Shown here: piece by piece, positions 1 to 9,405 of the stretch
Layout of the letters: the number at the start of each line of letters is the position of its first letter
How positions within the stretch are numbered: the stretch's first letter is position 1
NCBI GenBank assembly: GCA_020847895.1
Contig: JADLBG010000642.1
Coordinates: forward strand, 1 to 56,205
DNA from: Bryobacterales bacterium
GTDB taxonomy: Bacteria; Acidobacteriota; Terriglobia; Bryobacterales; Bryobacteraceae
Reading direction: 5' to 3'
DNA length: 56,205 nt
Notes under the pieces: model-generated
The model's input: the letters and a program-made list of their open reading frames with translations, nothing else
What the model was told of the DNA's origin: nothing
Databases searched by the model: none
Translations under genes and position numbers: made by a program

Positions 1-1
1 C

Positions 2-400
<399 letters not shown>

Positions 401-408
401 CGCGCCCC

Positions 409-807
409 ATGGCCGCCACCTTCGAACTCGAGATCGCCACGCCGGAGCGCCTGCTTGTCAAAGAACTGGTGAGCGAGGCGCAAGTTCCCGCCGTGGGCGG
501 GGAGATCGGCGTGCTTCCCGGCCATGCGCCGCTGCTTTCCGAACTCGGCATCGGCGCGTTGAGCTATGTCGTGAATGGGGAACGGCACCATCTGGCCGTT
601 GCGGGCGGGGTGGTTGAAGTGCAGGCTGAGACGTGCCGGGTGCTCGCGATGGCCGCCGAAAAACCTTCGGAAATCGACTCCTCGCGCGCCAGGGCCGCCG
701 AGAAGCGCGCCATGGAACGGCTGGCGACCATGAAGGACAATCTCGACTATGCGCGGGCGCTCAATGCTTTCAACCGCGCGCAGGCGCGGTTGAAGGTTGC
801 CAAGTAA
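409..807 (+). CDS. atpC: F0F1 ATP synthase epsilon subunit
   Basis: 132 aa, starts 9 nt after atpD. Has the typical epsilon N-terminal beta-sandwich sequence (VPAVGGEIGVLPGHAPLLSEL) and a C-terminal helical hairpin. Confidence 0.9.
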   Translation: MAATFELEIATPERLLVKELVSEAQVPAVGGEIGVLPGHAPLLSELGIGALSYVVNGERHHLAVAGGVVEVQAETCRVLAMAAEKPSEIDSSRARAAEKRAMERLATMKDNLDYARALNAFNRAQARLKVAK

Positions 808-846
808 CAGTTCGACTCTCGGGAATTCTCCGGCGATAATGGCAAC

Positions 847-1569
847 ATGGTCTGCCGCGGCCCGGCACTTGTGCCGCTTCTGCCGTGGCTCGGGCTGGCA
901 ATTCCAGCCGCGAGCCAATCCGTTTCCAAGATCCAATCGGCCCCTGTGTATCAGGTCGTTTTTCTGAAGCGCCATCCGGCGCGCAAGCCGCTGAGTCAGG
1001 AGGAGGCCAACCGCATTCAATCTGCTCACATGGCGAATATCCATGCCATGGCCGGCCGCGGAGTGCTGGTCGCCGCGGGGCCTTTCGATGACACACCGCC
1101 GGTGATCAGCGGCGTTTTCTTTTTCACTACCTCTACGATGGAGGAGGCGCGCAAACTCGCGGAAGCCGACCCCACGGTTACCGAGCGCCGCAACACTGTG
1201 GAGGTGATGTCGTGGCGCGGACCGGCGGGCATCGGCGACGAGTACAGGCGGTTGCACAAGGAGAAGCCGGATACGCCGGAGGGAATGGGGGTGCATCCGT
1301 TTCTGATCCTGCGGCGCTCCGGCAAAAAGTTGGACTCCACGCTGATGGCGAAACACTTCGCGTATTGGGCAGGGCTCGGATCCCGTGGAAAGATCGTGGC
1401 GGCCGGGGCGGCGGAAGGGGATCCATCGGCGGCGGGGATTGTCATCTTCGATCGCATTCCGGATGCCGAGGCGGCCTCGCTCGCCGCGGCTGATCCCGCG
1501 GTCAGCGCCGGCCTGCTGACGGTGGAAGCGCATCGCTGGTGGTGCGCGGCGAACGTGTTTCCCCGCTAG
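847..1569 (+). CDS. secreted protein with two tandem YciI-like domains
   Basis: N-terminal signal-like segment. Two repeats resemble YciI-family sequences (VLVAAGPFDD...EADP and IVAAGAAEGD...AADPAV). Confidence 0.55.
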   Translation: MVCRGPALVPLLPWLGLAIPAASQSVSKIQSAPVYQVVFLKRHPARKPLSQEEANRIQSAHMANIHAMAGRGVLVAAGPFDDTPPVISGVFFFTTSTMEEARKLAEADPTVTERRNTVEVMSWRGPAGIGDEYRRLHKEKPDTPEGMGVHPFLILRRSGKKLDSTLMAKHFAYWAGLGSRGKIVAAGAAEGDPSAAGIVIFDRIPDAEAASLAAADPAVSAGLLTVEAHRWWCAANVFPR

Positions 1570-1681
1570 CGGGTCCGCTTGCCGGTTGGGCGCGGCGGGG
1601 CTTCGCCTTGCTCACGCCGATGAGATTGAGCGACAGCGCGGCGCGGATGGGCTTCTGATGCTTCGGCGGTGCTTATTGCGG

Positions 1682-2182
1682 TCATGCGGGCCATTCCGAC
1701 GGGAAGCATTCCGGACACTGCTGATCGACAAATCTGAGCCAATCGAGAAGGCCGGCGACGTCCGGCATGGGGTCTCCGCGTTCCGTCCGGCAGACAAACA
1801 TCACTTCGCCCCAGCGGTCGGTGATGAACACGGTGAGACGACGTTCCCCGCTGCCTCCGGGGGAGAACTGACGGCGGACTGCGCCACCCGGGTCCGCCAC
1901 AACGTCGAAGGGCCAGCGGAGCGACTCCGGGGAGGCTTCCGGCAGAACTGTTATGACGTGCCCATCATGGCGCTTGATGTCCGCATCCGCCGCCGCCATG
2001 GCCAGTGGAAGGCCATCACCTTCTTCGCCCGCGAGGATCACCACGAGGTTCTTCAGGCCCTTGAAGTCCGATAGCCGCTTCCGGATACCCCTGATGGTTA
2101 CGAACTCCACGTCCGGCAGGCAGAACCCGCGCTCAAATCCGTACCGCGGACCCTTTCCCCTGAGTTCTTTGGCAATATTCAT
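1682..2182 (-). CDS. thioredoxin-fold (peroxiredoxin-like) protein lacking the usual peroxidatic Cys, with a C-terminal CPEC motif
   Basis: Start moved to MNIAKEL. F-x-LPD...LVVIL...VFITDRWGEV pattern of the AhpC/TSA fold. Lies 28 nt downstream of the Rrf2 gene on the same strand. Confidence 0.5.
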   Translation of the reverse strand: MNIAKELRGKGPRYGFERGFCLPDVEFVTIRGIRKRLSDFKGLKNLVVILAGEEGDGLPLAMAAADADIKRHDGHVITVLPEASPESLRWPFDVVADPGGAVRRQFSPGGSGERRLTVFITDRWGEVMFVCRTERGDPMPDVAGLLDWLRFVDQQCPECFPSEWPA

Positions 2183-2210
2183 TCCACTCTCCGTTTCTTC
2201 AGGCCGGCTG

Positions 2211-2669
2211 TCAACTCGGCCTGGTCTCAATCATCTCGATGTTGAGCAGAGACTTCAGCCGGGTCCGGCTCTGCAGGAGGTCGGCAAGCGTATGGCTGTC
2301 GAGGACGTCGAGGAACGCCTCCACCGCTTTGCCCAGAATCAGTTGCAGCCGGCATGCGGGCATGATCACGCATTCGGAGGGGTGTTTGGGGTCAAAACAC
2401 TCGGTAACGGCAAAATCCGGCTCCATCTGCCGGACAACCTGCCCGAGGTTGATCTCTTCCGGAATGCCGGCCAGTTTCATTCCACCGCCCCGGCCGCGAA
2501 CGGTTTCGATGTAGCCCAGTTTGCCCAAATTGTGAATGATCTTCATCAGGTGATTCGCCGACAAGCCGTAGGTTTCGGAAAGCTCGCTGATGGTTGTCAG
2601 CCGCTCGCCGCGAAGGCCGAGGTACATCAGAACCCGAAGGCTGTAGTCGGTGTAGGCGGTGAGCTTCAT
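2211..2669 (-). CDS. Rrf2-family (NsrR/IscR-like) Fe-S transcriptional regulator
   Basis: MKLTAYTDYSLRVLMYL N-terminus, wHTH, and three clustered Cys (ECFDPKHPSECVIMPAC). Confidence 0.9.
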   Translation of the reverse strand: MKLTAYTDYSLRVLMYLGLRGERLTTISELSETYGLSANHLMKIIHNLGKLGYIETVRGRGGGMKLAGIPEEINLGQVVRQMEPDFAVTECFDPKHPSECVIMPACRLQLILGKAVEAFLDVLDSHTLADLLQSRTRLKSLLNIEMIETRPS

Positions 2670-2693
2670 GGGGAGATCTTACCTTGACATCAA

Positions 2694-2716
2694 AAGATGT
2701 ATTTCACATACTATTT
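2694..2716. promoter_or_regulatory. NsrR/Rrf2-type operator-like 11-1-11 imperfect inverted repeat overlapping a TTGACA box (2684-2689)
   Basis: AAGATGTATTT-C-ACATACTATTT. The second half matches the reverse complement of the first at 7/11 positions. Sits in the divergent region between the Rrf2 gene and the 2772 gene. Confidence 0.55.
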
Positions 2717-2771
2717 ATACAGGTTCCACGCCTGTTTGGCAAGAACGATCGGGACGAGACAGGAGTGTGAA

Positions 2772-4223
2772 ATGACCGGGGCCGGCAATGAAGAAATGTT
2801 CGCATGTGACTGGAGTATGCCGCGGCGGAGTTCACCACCGGCGCCGGCGCTCTCGCGGCTGTCCGCGGAGGGGGCCGGCAACTCGCATTTCGGCGGCGCT
2901 CTCTATTCGGATTTTCTTGCCCAGGGACTGAGCCATTTCTTTCCCGCCGCACGCCTCGAGGCGGATGGCCGCAGGGCTCTGGCCCGTGCCGACTTGTGGT
3001 GCGACTGCGAGGCCGAGCGGATCAAGCGGGATCAGGTCCTGCTCGATTGGCTGGGCAATGGCTATGCCCTGCGGCGCGCAAGGCGGCCTTTCACGGAAAG
3101 TGAAAGAAGACTCATCCGCGCGATTGGACGAGTGTTGACGGCGCGCTACCAGGCGCTCTTCAACCCCGATATCGCCGCGGAGAATTTCCATCTGTTCCAC
3201 GGCTTGCCCGAGGACAGGTACGTCTCGGCGTTTCTGGATCCCGCGCCATACGAAAATCTTGAAACCCTGGCCGGGCAGCAGGACCGCGTCGCCGATGCGA
3301 TTGAGGTGTTGCGATCCAGCGCCCTCACGACCCACGAGAATCGCCGTGTCTCGACGGGAGCGCTGCTGCTTGGAAGAAGTTCGCCCGAAGTGCCGGCCGG
3401 TGACGGACTCCGGTATTCGTCGGCGCTGACCTCGATCCGTTCTTTCTCCCGGCTTTGCGACGGGATCCATACCGTTGCCCTGGTAAACGCTAAAGGACGC
3501 TGGATCGATATTACCGACCTGGAAGAGTGGCCTGGGTCCGCGGGACAGGGTTCTCTTCCCCTGCCCAGCCCCTCCGCCTATAGGGCGCATTGCCGCGCAA
3601 CCCTCGGCAACGACAATCTTTGTCTGGCTTTGACGCCGAACGGCGAAATCAAAGCGTTCGCCGGGGGCGTTCAGGTTTTCTCGTTTCTGAACGGACGCTG
3701 GCACCTGACAGATTTCGAATGGAAATACCGGTGCTGGGCGGAAGCCGTTGGAAACGAGGAACTGGCGAAACTTGTCCTCCAGGTTGCGCTTGACCTAGCG
3801 GACTCCCGGCGCGGGGGGCTCTTTGCCATTCTTGATGACGCGGCCTCTGCCGGCAGACTCGTCTCGCCGGCGGACCTGCTGGTACAGGAAGAACGCGAAG
3901 CGCCTGGAGCGCAGCGCGCCGGTTCGAAGCGAGGCCTCTACTACCTGCTCAACGGCAAGCGAACGGCGAACCTCAGTCCTGCCGTCTTGAGACCGTTAGC
4001 CGCGATTGACGGCGGGGTTGTTTTTGACAGGGAGGGCAGGCTGCTGGCCATCGGAGCGATTTTGAAGCACAACGAAAACGAAGCGGCTCCCCGGGTTGCG
4101 CAAGGCGGCGGGAGGACCATGGCCGCCTTGGCAGCATCGCACTACGGCTGGGCGTTAAAGATCAGCGAGGACGGGATCATCAGCTTTTTCGAGAAAGGCA
4201 ACTGGGTCTGGGATGTCTCATAG
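2772..4223 (+). CDS. hypothetical protein with a C-terminal diadenylate-cyclase (DisA_N/DAC)-like domain carrying degenerate catalytic motifs
   Basis: Start set at ATG 2772, preceded by AGGAG; the upstream ATG 2697 lies inside the operator. The C-terminus GGLFAILDD...IDGGVVFDREGRLLAIGAIL...GGRTMAALAAS...ISEDGIISF aligns by eye to the DAC pattern GALIVI...DGAVI...GTRHRAA...VSEE.G.IS. Confidence 0.55.
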   Translation: MTGAGNEEMFACDWSMPRRSSPPAPALSRLSAEGAGNSHFGGALYSDFLAQGLSHFFPAARLEADGRRALARADLWCDCEAERIKRDQVLLDWLGNGYALRRARRPFTESERRLIRAIGRVLTARYQALFNPDIAAENFHLFHGLPEDRYVSAFLDPAPYENLETLAGQQDRVADAIEVLRSSALTTHENRRVSTGALLLGRSSPEVPAGDGLRYSSALTSIRSFSRLCDGIHTVALVNAKGRWIDITDLEEWPGSAGQGSLPLPSPSAYRAHCRATLGNDNLCLALTPNGEIKAFAGGVQVFSFLNGRWHLTDFEWKYRCWAEAVGNEELAKLVLQVALDLADSRRGGLFAILDDAASAGRLVSPADLLVQEEREAPGAQRAGSKRGLYYLLNGKRTANLSPAVLRPLAAIDGGVVFDREGRLLAIGAILKHNENEAAPRVAQGGGRTMAALAASHYGWALKISEDGIISFFEKGNWVWDVS

Positions 4224-5573
4224 CGTCCGCAGGAAGGCAATCAGATCCGTTACCTCCTGCTCCGACAGGCCGAGCTTCAGGTGGCGATCGTAGTGAGCGA
4301 CGACATCGCGTAACGTCGCAAACCGGCCATCGTGATAAAACCCTCCCTCCTGGCGCGCGGAGAGTCCTCCGAGCGGTGTTGTCCGGTAGCGCCCGTCAGG
4401 TGACCGTTGAGCCTGGAACGCATCGATCCCAATCTCTTCCGGGGTGTGCATATTCCAGCCAGGTTCCGTGTACAGGGGCGGGACATGACAACTGGAACAG
4501 CGTGCTTTGCCGTTGAAAAGCGCCTCTCCGCGGCGTGCGGCAAAATCGAAGGGAGACCTTTCGCCGCTGGGGGCGGGAATGGCGAGTTGGTACATCTGTA
4601 GCGCGGCAAGCTTCCCGGTAATAAGATCCTTCTCCGGCCGGCGGTTGCCAAATCCCGCCTTTGCCGCTATGGGAAAGCGAGAAGCATCGTTCAGGCGGGG
4701 GTCCCAGAACGTTCCGCTGCCGCCCATTTCCAGATTCGCCACAAGGGCATTCCAGTGGGAAACGCCGCCCCATCCGGTGTAGGTGTGCTGACTGACACCG
4801 GCCAAGCCGTAGGCGGCGGGGATGAGAACCGCGCCTGACTTTCCGTCGGGACGAAAGGCCTTGCCGTCCAAAATGAGGGAGGCATCGAACTTGCCGGGAC
4901 CCCAACTCAGCGCAACCCGCCTTACCGCCGGTTCATCCACACCGAGCAAGTCCGCCAGCGGCTTCACGGTGGGGGCGGAGGCGATGATCGCGCCCACGTT
5001 GAGCTGCCGCGCCGGCCACCCATCCAGTCTTCTGCCGATGTTGCCGGCCGGTATTGCGGAAGTCTCAAAGGACTTGTCGACGGTGGAGTGGCAAAGGGCG
5101 CATTGGATGCCGACTGAGCGCAGCTTGCCTTCCGTGTCGAAGAACCCTTTCACGCCGACGACCGCGTCCAACTTCAGTAAGGCGAGAGTGACGGCCGGGT
5201 CATCGAGATTGACGGCGCCGGCTTTCACGCGCGCGGCCAGATCCGACGGGAGGGCATCGGCATTCACCTTAAGGCCCAAAGACAAAGCCGCGCGGGGACT
5301 GATGCCGGGTCCTATGCCCCCGTTCGCGGCTCCGGCAATGGCTTCGTGCAGGCGGAGGGCCCCGCCCCAAAATGCTTCGCTGCCGAACGTATCGAACCGG
5401 AAGATTTGCCGTCCCTCCCGGACCAGAAGGGCAGCGTGATCGCGGATGTTTGCATCGGCTCCCTTCAGCAGCTCATCACGATCATCGTTCCCCGCGGGGA
5501 GCAGAACGCCCCCGGCTAGAACTAGAACCGCCGCGGCCAAAGCCGCGATTGAGAATCGCCATTTTCTGCGCAT
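4218..5573 (-). CDS. secreted di-haem c-type cytochrome (peroxidase-like)
   Basis: Start moved to MRRKWRFSIAALAAAVLVLAGG (signal peptide). Two CXXCH motifs (CALCH, CSSCH). Confidence 0.7.
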   Translation of the reverse strand: MRRKWRFSIAALAAAVLVLAGGVLLPAGNDDRDELLKGADANIRDHAALLVREGRQIFRFDTFGSEAFWGGALRLHEAIAGAANGGIGPGISPRAALSLGLKVNADALPSDLAARVKAGAVNLDDPAVTLALLKLDAVVGVKGFFDTEGKLRSVGIQCALCHSTVDKSFETSAIPAGNIGRRLDGWPARQLNVGAIIASAPTVKPLADLLGVDEPAVRRVALSWGPGKFDASLILDGKAFRPDGKSGAVLIPAAYGLAGVSQHTYTGWGGVSHWNALVANLEMGGSGTFWDPRLNDASRFPIAAKAGFGNRRPEKDLITGKLAALQMYQLAIPAPSGERSPFDFAARRGEALFNGKARCSSCHVPPLYTEPGWNMHTPEEIGIDAFQAQRSPDGRYRTTPLGGLSARQEGGFYHDGRFATLRDVVAHYDRHLKLGLSEQEVTDLIAFLRTL

Positions 5574-5584
5574 CGTGTGATCTC

Positions 5585-6022
5585 CTAGGCGCGGGCTCCG
5601 GCGGGGTGAGCGGCGGCTTCCACGGGTTTGGAAGCCGGCTCGCGCAGTTCTGTGATCCGGGCCAGCGTCCATGCGCCAACAGACATTGCGATGTCGCGCA
5701 CCGCCGTGTCGAGAAAGCCCGCCAGCAGCAGATTCGAGGCAACTGCCAGCAGCCACAAGGACGCGACATACGCTCCCAGCCTGGTCCAGCGGGTCATAAT
5801 GAGAATGCCCACAGCCATTTCAACGATGCCTACGGCATGCATCAGCGCTCCGGCTCCACCCGGCACAAGAGATGCGACCCAGGGGGAGACATACGACTCC
5901 CAGTTCGCCAGTAGATTGAAAAACTTATCGAGGCCGGCGGCCAGAGCGACCACGCCGTACGTCAGGCGGAGCGGCCACCAGATTCGATCGATCGCTGAAT
6001 TCGTCATGTGTGAAACCTCCAC
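5585..6022 (-). CDS. DoxX-family membrane protein
   Basis: About four hydrophobic helices, DoxX-like pattern. Alternative start at MTNS (6007). Confidence 0.65.
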   Translation of the reverse strand: MEVSHMTNSAIDRIWWPLRLTYGVVALAAGLDKFFNLLANWESYVSPWVASLVPGGAGALMHAVGIVEMAVGILIMTRWTRLGAYVASLWLLAVASNLLLAGFLDTAVRDIAMSVGAWTLARITELREPASKPVEAAAHPAGARA

Positions 6023-6102
6023 CCCAACGGAGTTCCGAGCGGCCCGTGATGTGACAGAATTCTTTTTGGGAACCTTTTGGCGCCATGCGACTCAGTTGAG
6101 GT

Positions 6103-6774
6103 ATGAGCGTGGATTTCATGAATGTGCCGGCGGAGGCTGCGTCCGCTTTGTCCGACGAACACATCGTAGCCCGAGTGCTGAGCGGCGAGGTCCCGCTTTT
6201 CGAGCTGCTTGTGCGGCGCCACAACCAGCGTCTCTATCGCGCCACGAAAGCGATTCTCAGGGACGAGGGCGAGGCCGAGGAGGCGATGCAGGAGGCGTAC
6301 GTCCGTGCATTCGTAAAGTTGGACCAGTTCGCCGGCGAGGCCAAGTTCTCGACATGGCTCACGAAGATCGCCGTGCACGAAGCGCTTGGGCGGCTTCGGC
6401 GCCGCAAACGCCAGGAGGAGATTCCAGACACGATGAAGAGCCATGACAACCCCGAGCGCGCCGCGCATGACGTGGAGGTTCGCGCGGCGATTGAAGACGC
6501 CGTGGAAAAGCTTTCGCCAATTTACCGCGCGGTGTTCGTCCTTCGGGAGGTGGAAGAACTTTCCGGTCCCGAGACGGCCGAATGCCTGGGCATCACGGAA
6601 GAGACGGTCAAGACCCGTCTGCATCGCGCCCGCGGGTTTCTGCGGCGAAGGCTCGAACGCATCATCGGGGGGTCACTAAGCCGGTCCTTCTCCTATGGTG
6701 AGCGGCGGTGCGATGCGATGACGGCCGCCGTCATGGCGCGGATTCAGATTCTATCCGTTGACCGAAGCCAATAG
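6103..6774 (+). CDS. ECF-type RNA polymerase sigma-70 factor with a short C-terminal extension
   Basis: Region 2 (LYRATKAILRDEGEAEEAMQEAYVRAF...FSTWLTKIAVHEAL) and region 4 (YRAVFVLREVEELSGPETAECLGITEETVKTRLHRAR). Confidence 0.9.
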   Translation: MSVDFMNVPAEAASALSDEHIVARVLSGEVPLFELLVRRHNQRLYRATKAILRDEGEAEEAMQEAYVRAFVKLDQFAGEAKFSTWLTKIAVHEALGRLRRRKRQEEIPDTMKSHDNPERAAHDVEVRAAIEDAVEKLSPIYRAVFVLREVEELSGPETAECLGITEETVKTRLHRARGFLRRRLERIIGGSLSRSFSYGERRCDAMTAAVMARIQILSVDRSQ

Positions 6775-6844
6775 CTGTTTTGCGATCCCCGTTTCTACTT
6801 CCCTCCAGTTCATTACTTCCGCGGTGCAATGGGCTTGACATACA

Positions 6845-6867
6845 AAGATGTATTTGTTATACATTTT
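6845..6867. promoter_or_regulatory. second NsrR/Rrf2-type operator-like repeat, same spacing to a TTGACA box (6835-6840), upstream of the ferredoxin gene
   Basis: AAGATGTATTT-G-TTATACATTTT (second half 8/11 versus the reverse complement). The block CTTGACATnnAAAGATGTATTT is identical to locus 2683-2704 at 20 of 22 positions. Confidence 0.55.
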
Positions 6868-6996
6868 TTAGGCATCGCCGCTTCACGCGAAGCATGTTGC
6901 GACGCTCCGGATGGAGAGCGGATTCCCACTGACCGGACGTGGCCGCGCGGTCTCTCTTAAGAACATCCACGCCGGCATGGAGATTAAGGAAAAATT

Positions 6997-7266
6997 ATGG
7001 CTTACGTTATTGCAGAACCTTGCATAGGGGTGAAAGACACGGCTTGTGTCGACGCCTGCCCGGTGGATTGCATACATCCGCGCAAGGACGAGGCGGACTT
7101 CGAATCGGCGACTCAGCTCTATATCGATCCACAGGAATGTATCGATTGCGGCGCGTGCGTTCCGGTGTGTCCGGTCTCAGCCATCTTTTCCATCGATGAT
7201 CTCCCGGAGAAGTGGGCTGCTTACGCGGAGATCAACGCGGAGCACTACCGGAAATGCGGACGGTAA
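6997..7266 (+). CDS. ferredoxin (FdxA-type, 3Fe-4S/4Fe-4S)
   Basis: MAYVIAEPCIGVKDTACVDACPVDCIH and CIDCGACVPVCPVSAI cluster motifs. Confidence 0.9.
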   Translation: MAYVIAEPCIGVKDTACVDACPVDCIHPRKDEADFESATQLYIDPQECIDCGACVPVCPVSAIFSIDDLPEKWAAYAEINAEHYRKCGR

Positions 7267-7387
7267 GGCACGGAGCCGGCGCCGACGGGCGGGCAGCGAC
7301 GCGCCCGGCAACCTGGCGCGGAGCCTCACTGGCGGTGTTGCGGTGTACGCCGTTACCCGAATTCGTCAAAGATGAGAACATCGGATT

Positions 7388-8014
7388 ATGAAGAAGGTAC
7401 AGATGGTCAGGCTGCCGGTGATTGCGGCTTTGCTGTTTAGTGGATTCTTTGGAACGCAACGAGCCGCCGCTCATTGCGATGGAATGGACGGGCCCGTCGT
7501 GAAGGCGGCTCGAGGAGCCCTGGAGGCGGGCGATGTTCGTATTGTCCTTGCCTGGGTTCAAAAAGATGACGAAGCCGCGGTCCGGGAGGCATTCACTCAA
7601 ACGCAAGCGGTCCGCAGGCTGAATTCCCAAGCACAGGAACTCGCGGACCGTTACTTCTATGAGACTGTAGTCCGAATTCACCGGGCCGGGGAGGGAGAAC
7701 CGTATACCGGTCTGAAGCCGGCCGGACGTGATCCGGGACTGGCGGTTGAATCCGCGGATAAAGCCATCGAGAGCGGCTCGGTCGACGGTCTGGTGAAACT
7801 GCTATCCGAAGCTGCCGCAAAGGGCGTACGGGAGCGATTCCAGCAGGTCCGGGCCCGGAAGGGTTTCGCCAGCGGCGACACGGACGCAGGGCGCGAGTAT
7901 GTCAAGGCGTACGTCGAGTTCATCCACTACGCCGAAGGGCTTCATGATGCCATTCAGCGCGGCGAGCAACATCCTGAGCGGTCCCATGATATGGGTAAGC
8001 ACGCGGCACACTAG
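7388..8014 (+). CDS. secreted hypothetical protein (HCDGMDGPVV motif, DUF6448-like from memory)
   Basis: Signal peptide MKKVQMVRLPVIAALLFSGFFGTQRAAA, then HCDGMDGPVV. Coding-like composition. Confidence 0.55.
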   Translation: MKKVQMVRLPVIAALLFSGFFGTQRAAAHCDGMDGPVVKAARGALEAGDVRIVLAWVQKDDEAAVREAFTQTQAVRRLNSQAQELADRYFYETVVRIHRAGEGEPYTGLKPAGRDPGLAVESADKAIESGSVDGLVKLLSEAAAKGVRERFQQVRARKGFASGDTDAGREYVKAYVEFIHYAEGLHDAIQRGEQHPERSHDMGKHAAH

Positions 8015-8436
8015 CCGGCGGTCAGGTGGGCGCCTTCGCGTTCCGCAATTGTCTCAACGGCGCGGACGATTCGTGCGTGGAGGTTGAGCAAGGGCTCGCG
8101 CACACCGGCCGGAAGTTCTCCCGCCATCCGCGCCATGATGCCGCGCACGAATATACCGGTGTGGCGGGTGTTACCAGAGACAACGACCGGCAGTGGAACC
8201 AGAAGCGCGGCGCCCTTATGAAAGACAACGGCCTCCAGTAGCAGCGCTGGCTCATCCACATAAAGGACAACGCAGGGCGCCAGGCCTGCACCGAGCTCCT
8301 GCTTGATACGCGTTGTGACGTCCAGTTCCGCCGCCACGCGCAGGCCCTGTTGGGACAGCACCCGCCGCACCATGCGAAGTGTGGCCTGATGCGACTCGGC
8401 CACACCGAACGTCACAAGCGATGATTCCGTGGTCAT
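8011..8436 (-). CDS. DUF302-like protein
   Basis: Start moved to MTTESS. The pattern ...LAPCVVLYVDEPALLLEAV...LLVPLPVVVSG resembles DUF302. Confidence 0.6.
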   Translation of the reverse strand: MTTESSLVTFGVAESHQATLRMVRRVLSQQGLRVAAELDVTTRIKQELGAGLAPCVVLYVDEPALLLEAVVFHKGAALLVPLPVVVSGNTRHTGIFVRGIMARMAGELPAGVREPLLNLHARIVRAVETIAEREGAHLTAG

Positions 8437-8684
8437 CTCGTGTTCTGCCACGCAGAACCGAGAGCAATCCTGAAGCCATACGTGTTCCGGGAGATTTGCG
8501 CGCCGCGGGGCGATACGAGGTGGTGAATGGATGGACCTAAGCGGCCACTTGTGTGCGTTTTCGGGCACCGTGAAAGGGCTTGGAAAGCGAAGTCTTGAGA
8601 ATCTTCCCACGGCCGGGTGGCACGCCAATTGCTCTTAGTTGTCCTTTGAAGCACATATCGTGCGATTTCACCGGGAGGGCTGAC

Positions 8685-9146
8685 ATGAGGGACCGAATAT
8701 ATATCACCGAGGCTGATTTCGAAAGACTGAGCCATCTCGTCGAAGGCCGCCGTTCGGAAAGAGGTCCCGACCCCGAGAATCTCGACACCCTGGAGCGGGA
8801 GTTGGACCGCGCCGACGTGGTCGAGGCGGAAGCGATGCCGCGCGACGTCGTGACTATGAACTCGGAGGTGCGTCTGAAGGATCTGGACTCGGGCGACATT
8901 AAGGTTTACAGGCTTGTATTTCCGTCGCAGACAGGGAAGGAGAACAGCATCTCGATCCTGGCGCCAATCGGGATCGCAATGCTCGGCTACCGCGTGGGCG
9001 CCATCATCGAATGGCGTGTGCCCAAGGGCATCAGGCGCCTCAAGGTCCTGGATGTTCTCTACCAACCGGAAGCCGCGGGAGTCCGCGGCAATCGGGGGCT
9101 TGCCGCCGGCCGCCGCCGGAAAGCTCCCGCCCGGCCGCTTCAGTGA
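8685..9146 (+). CDS. rnk: regulator of nucleoside diphosphate kinase (GreA/GreB-family C-terminal domain)
   Basis: Start moved to MRDRIY. DVVTMNSEVRLKDLDSGD...ISILAPIGIAMLGYRVG...LDVLYQPEAAG closely parallels E. coli Rnk. Confidence 0.85.
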   Translation: MRDRIYITEADFERLSHLVEGRRSERGPDPENLDTLERELDRADVVEAEAMPRDVVTMNSEVRLKDLDSGDIKVYRLVFPSQTGKENSISILAPIGIAMLGYRVGAIIEWRVPKGIRRLKVLDVLYQPEAAGVRGNRGLAAGRRRKAPARPLQ

Positions 9147-9405
9147 AGCGGAATTCCATCGTGGCCAGTTGCGCCGAGCGCGCCGCGGGTCTTCACTCGG
9201 GCATGGGAAACACTCGTCACTGGCGCGATTGACGCCGATTCGGGCATTTCCAGCGACTGATCCTCCGACATGCTCAAAGAGAACAGGCCGGCGGCGAGGC
9301 TGATGAGAAATGCCGCCGCCAGCAGAACCAATAGCCCGTAGTGGAGCATTCGATCCACGCAACTGGGCTTGTGCCGTGTACCGCAAGCCGTTGGGCATCC
9401 GGGCC

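Noticed and set aside
2697-2771. ATG 2697 as the start of the DAC-like gene.
   Set aside because: It lies inside the operator/promoter block, 8 nt after the -35-like box. ATG 2772 has an AGGAG Shine-Dalgarno at suitable spacing.
6103-6774. C-terminal about 40 aa of the ECF sigma factor as a fused anti-sigma/ZAS element.
   Set aside because: Only one Cys and no HxxxCxxC motif are present. The tail is too short to support the claim.
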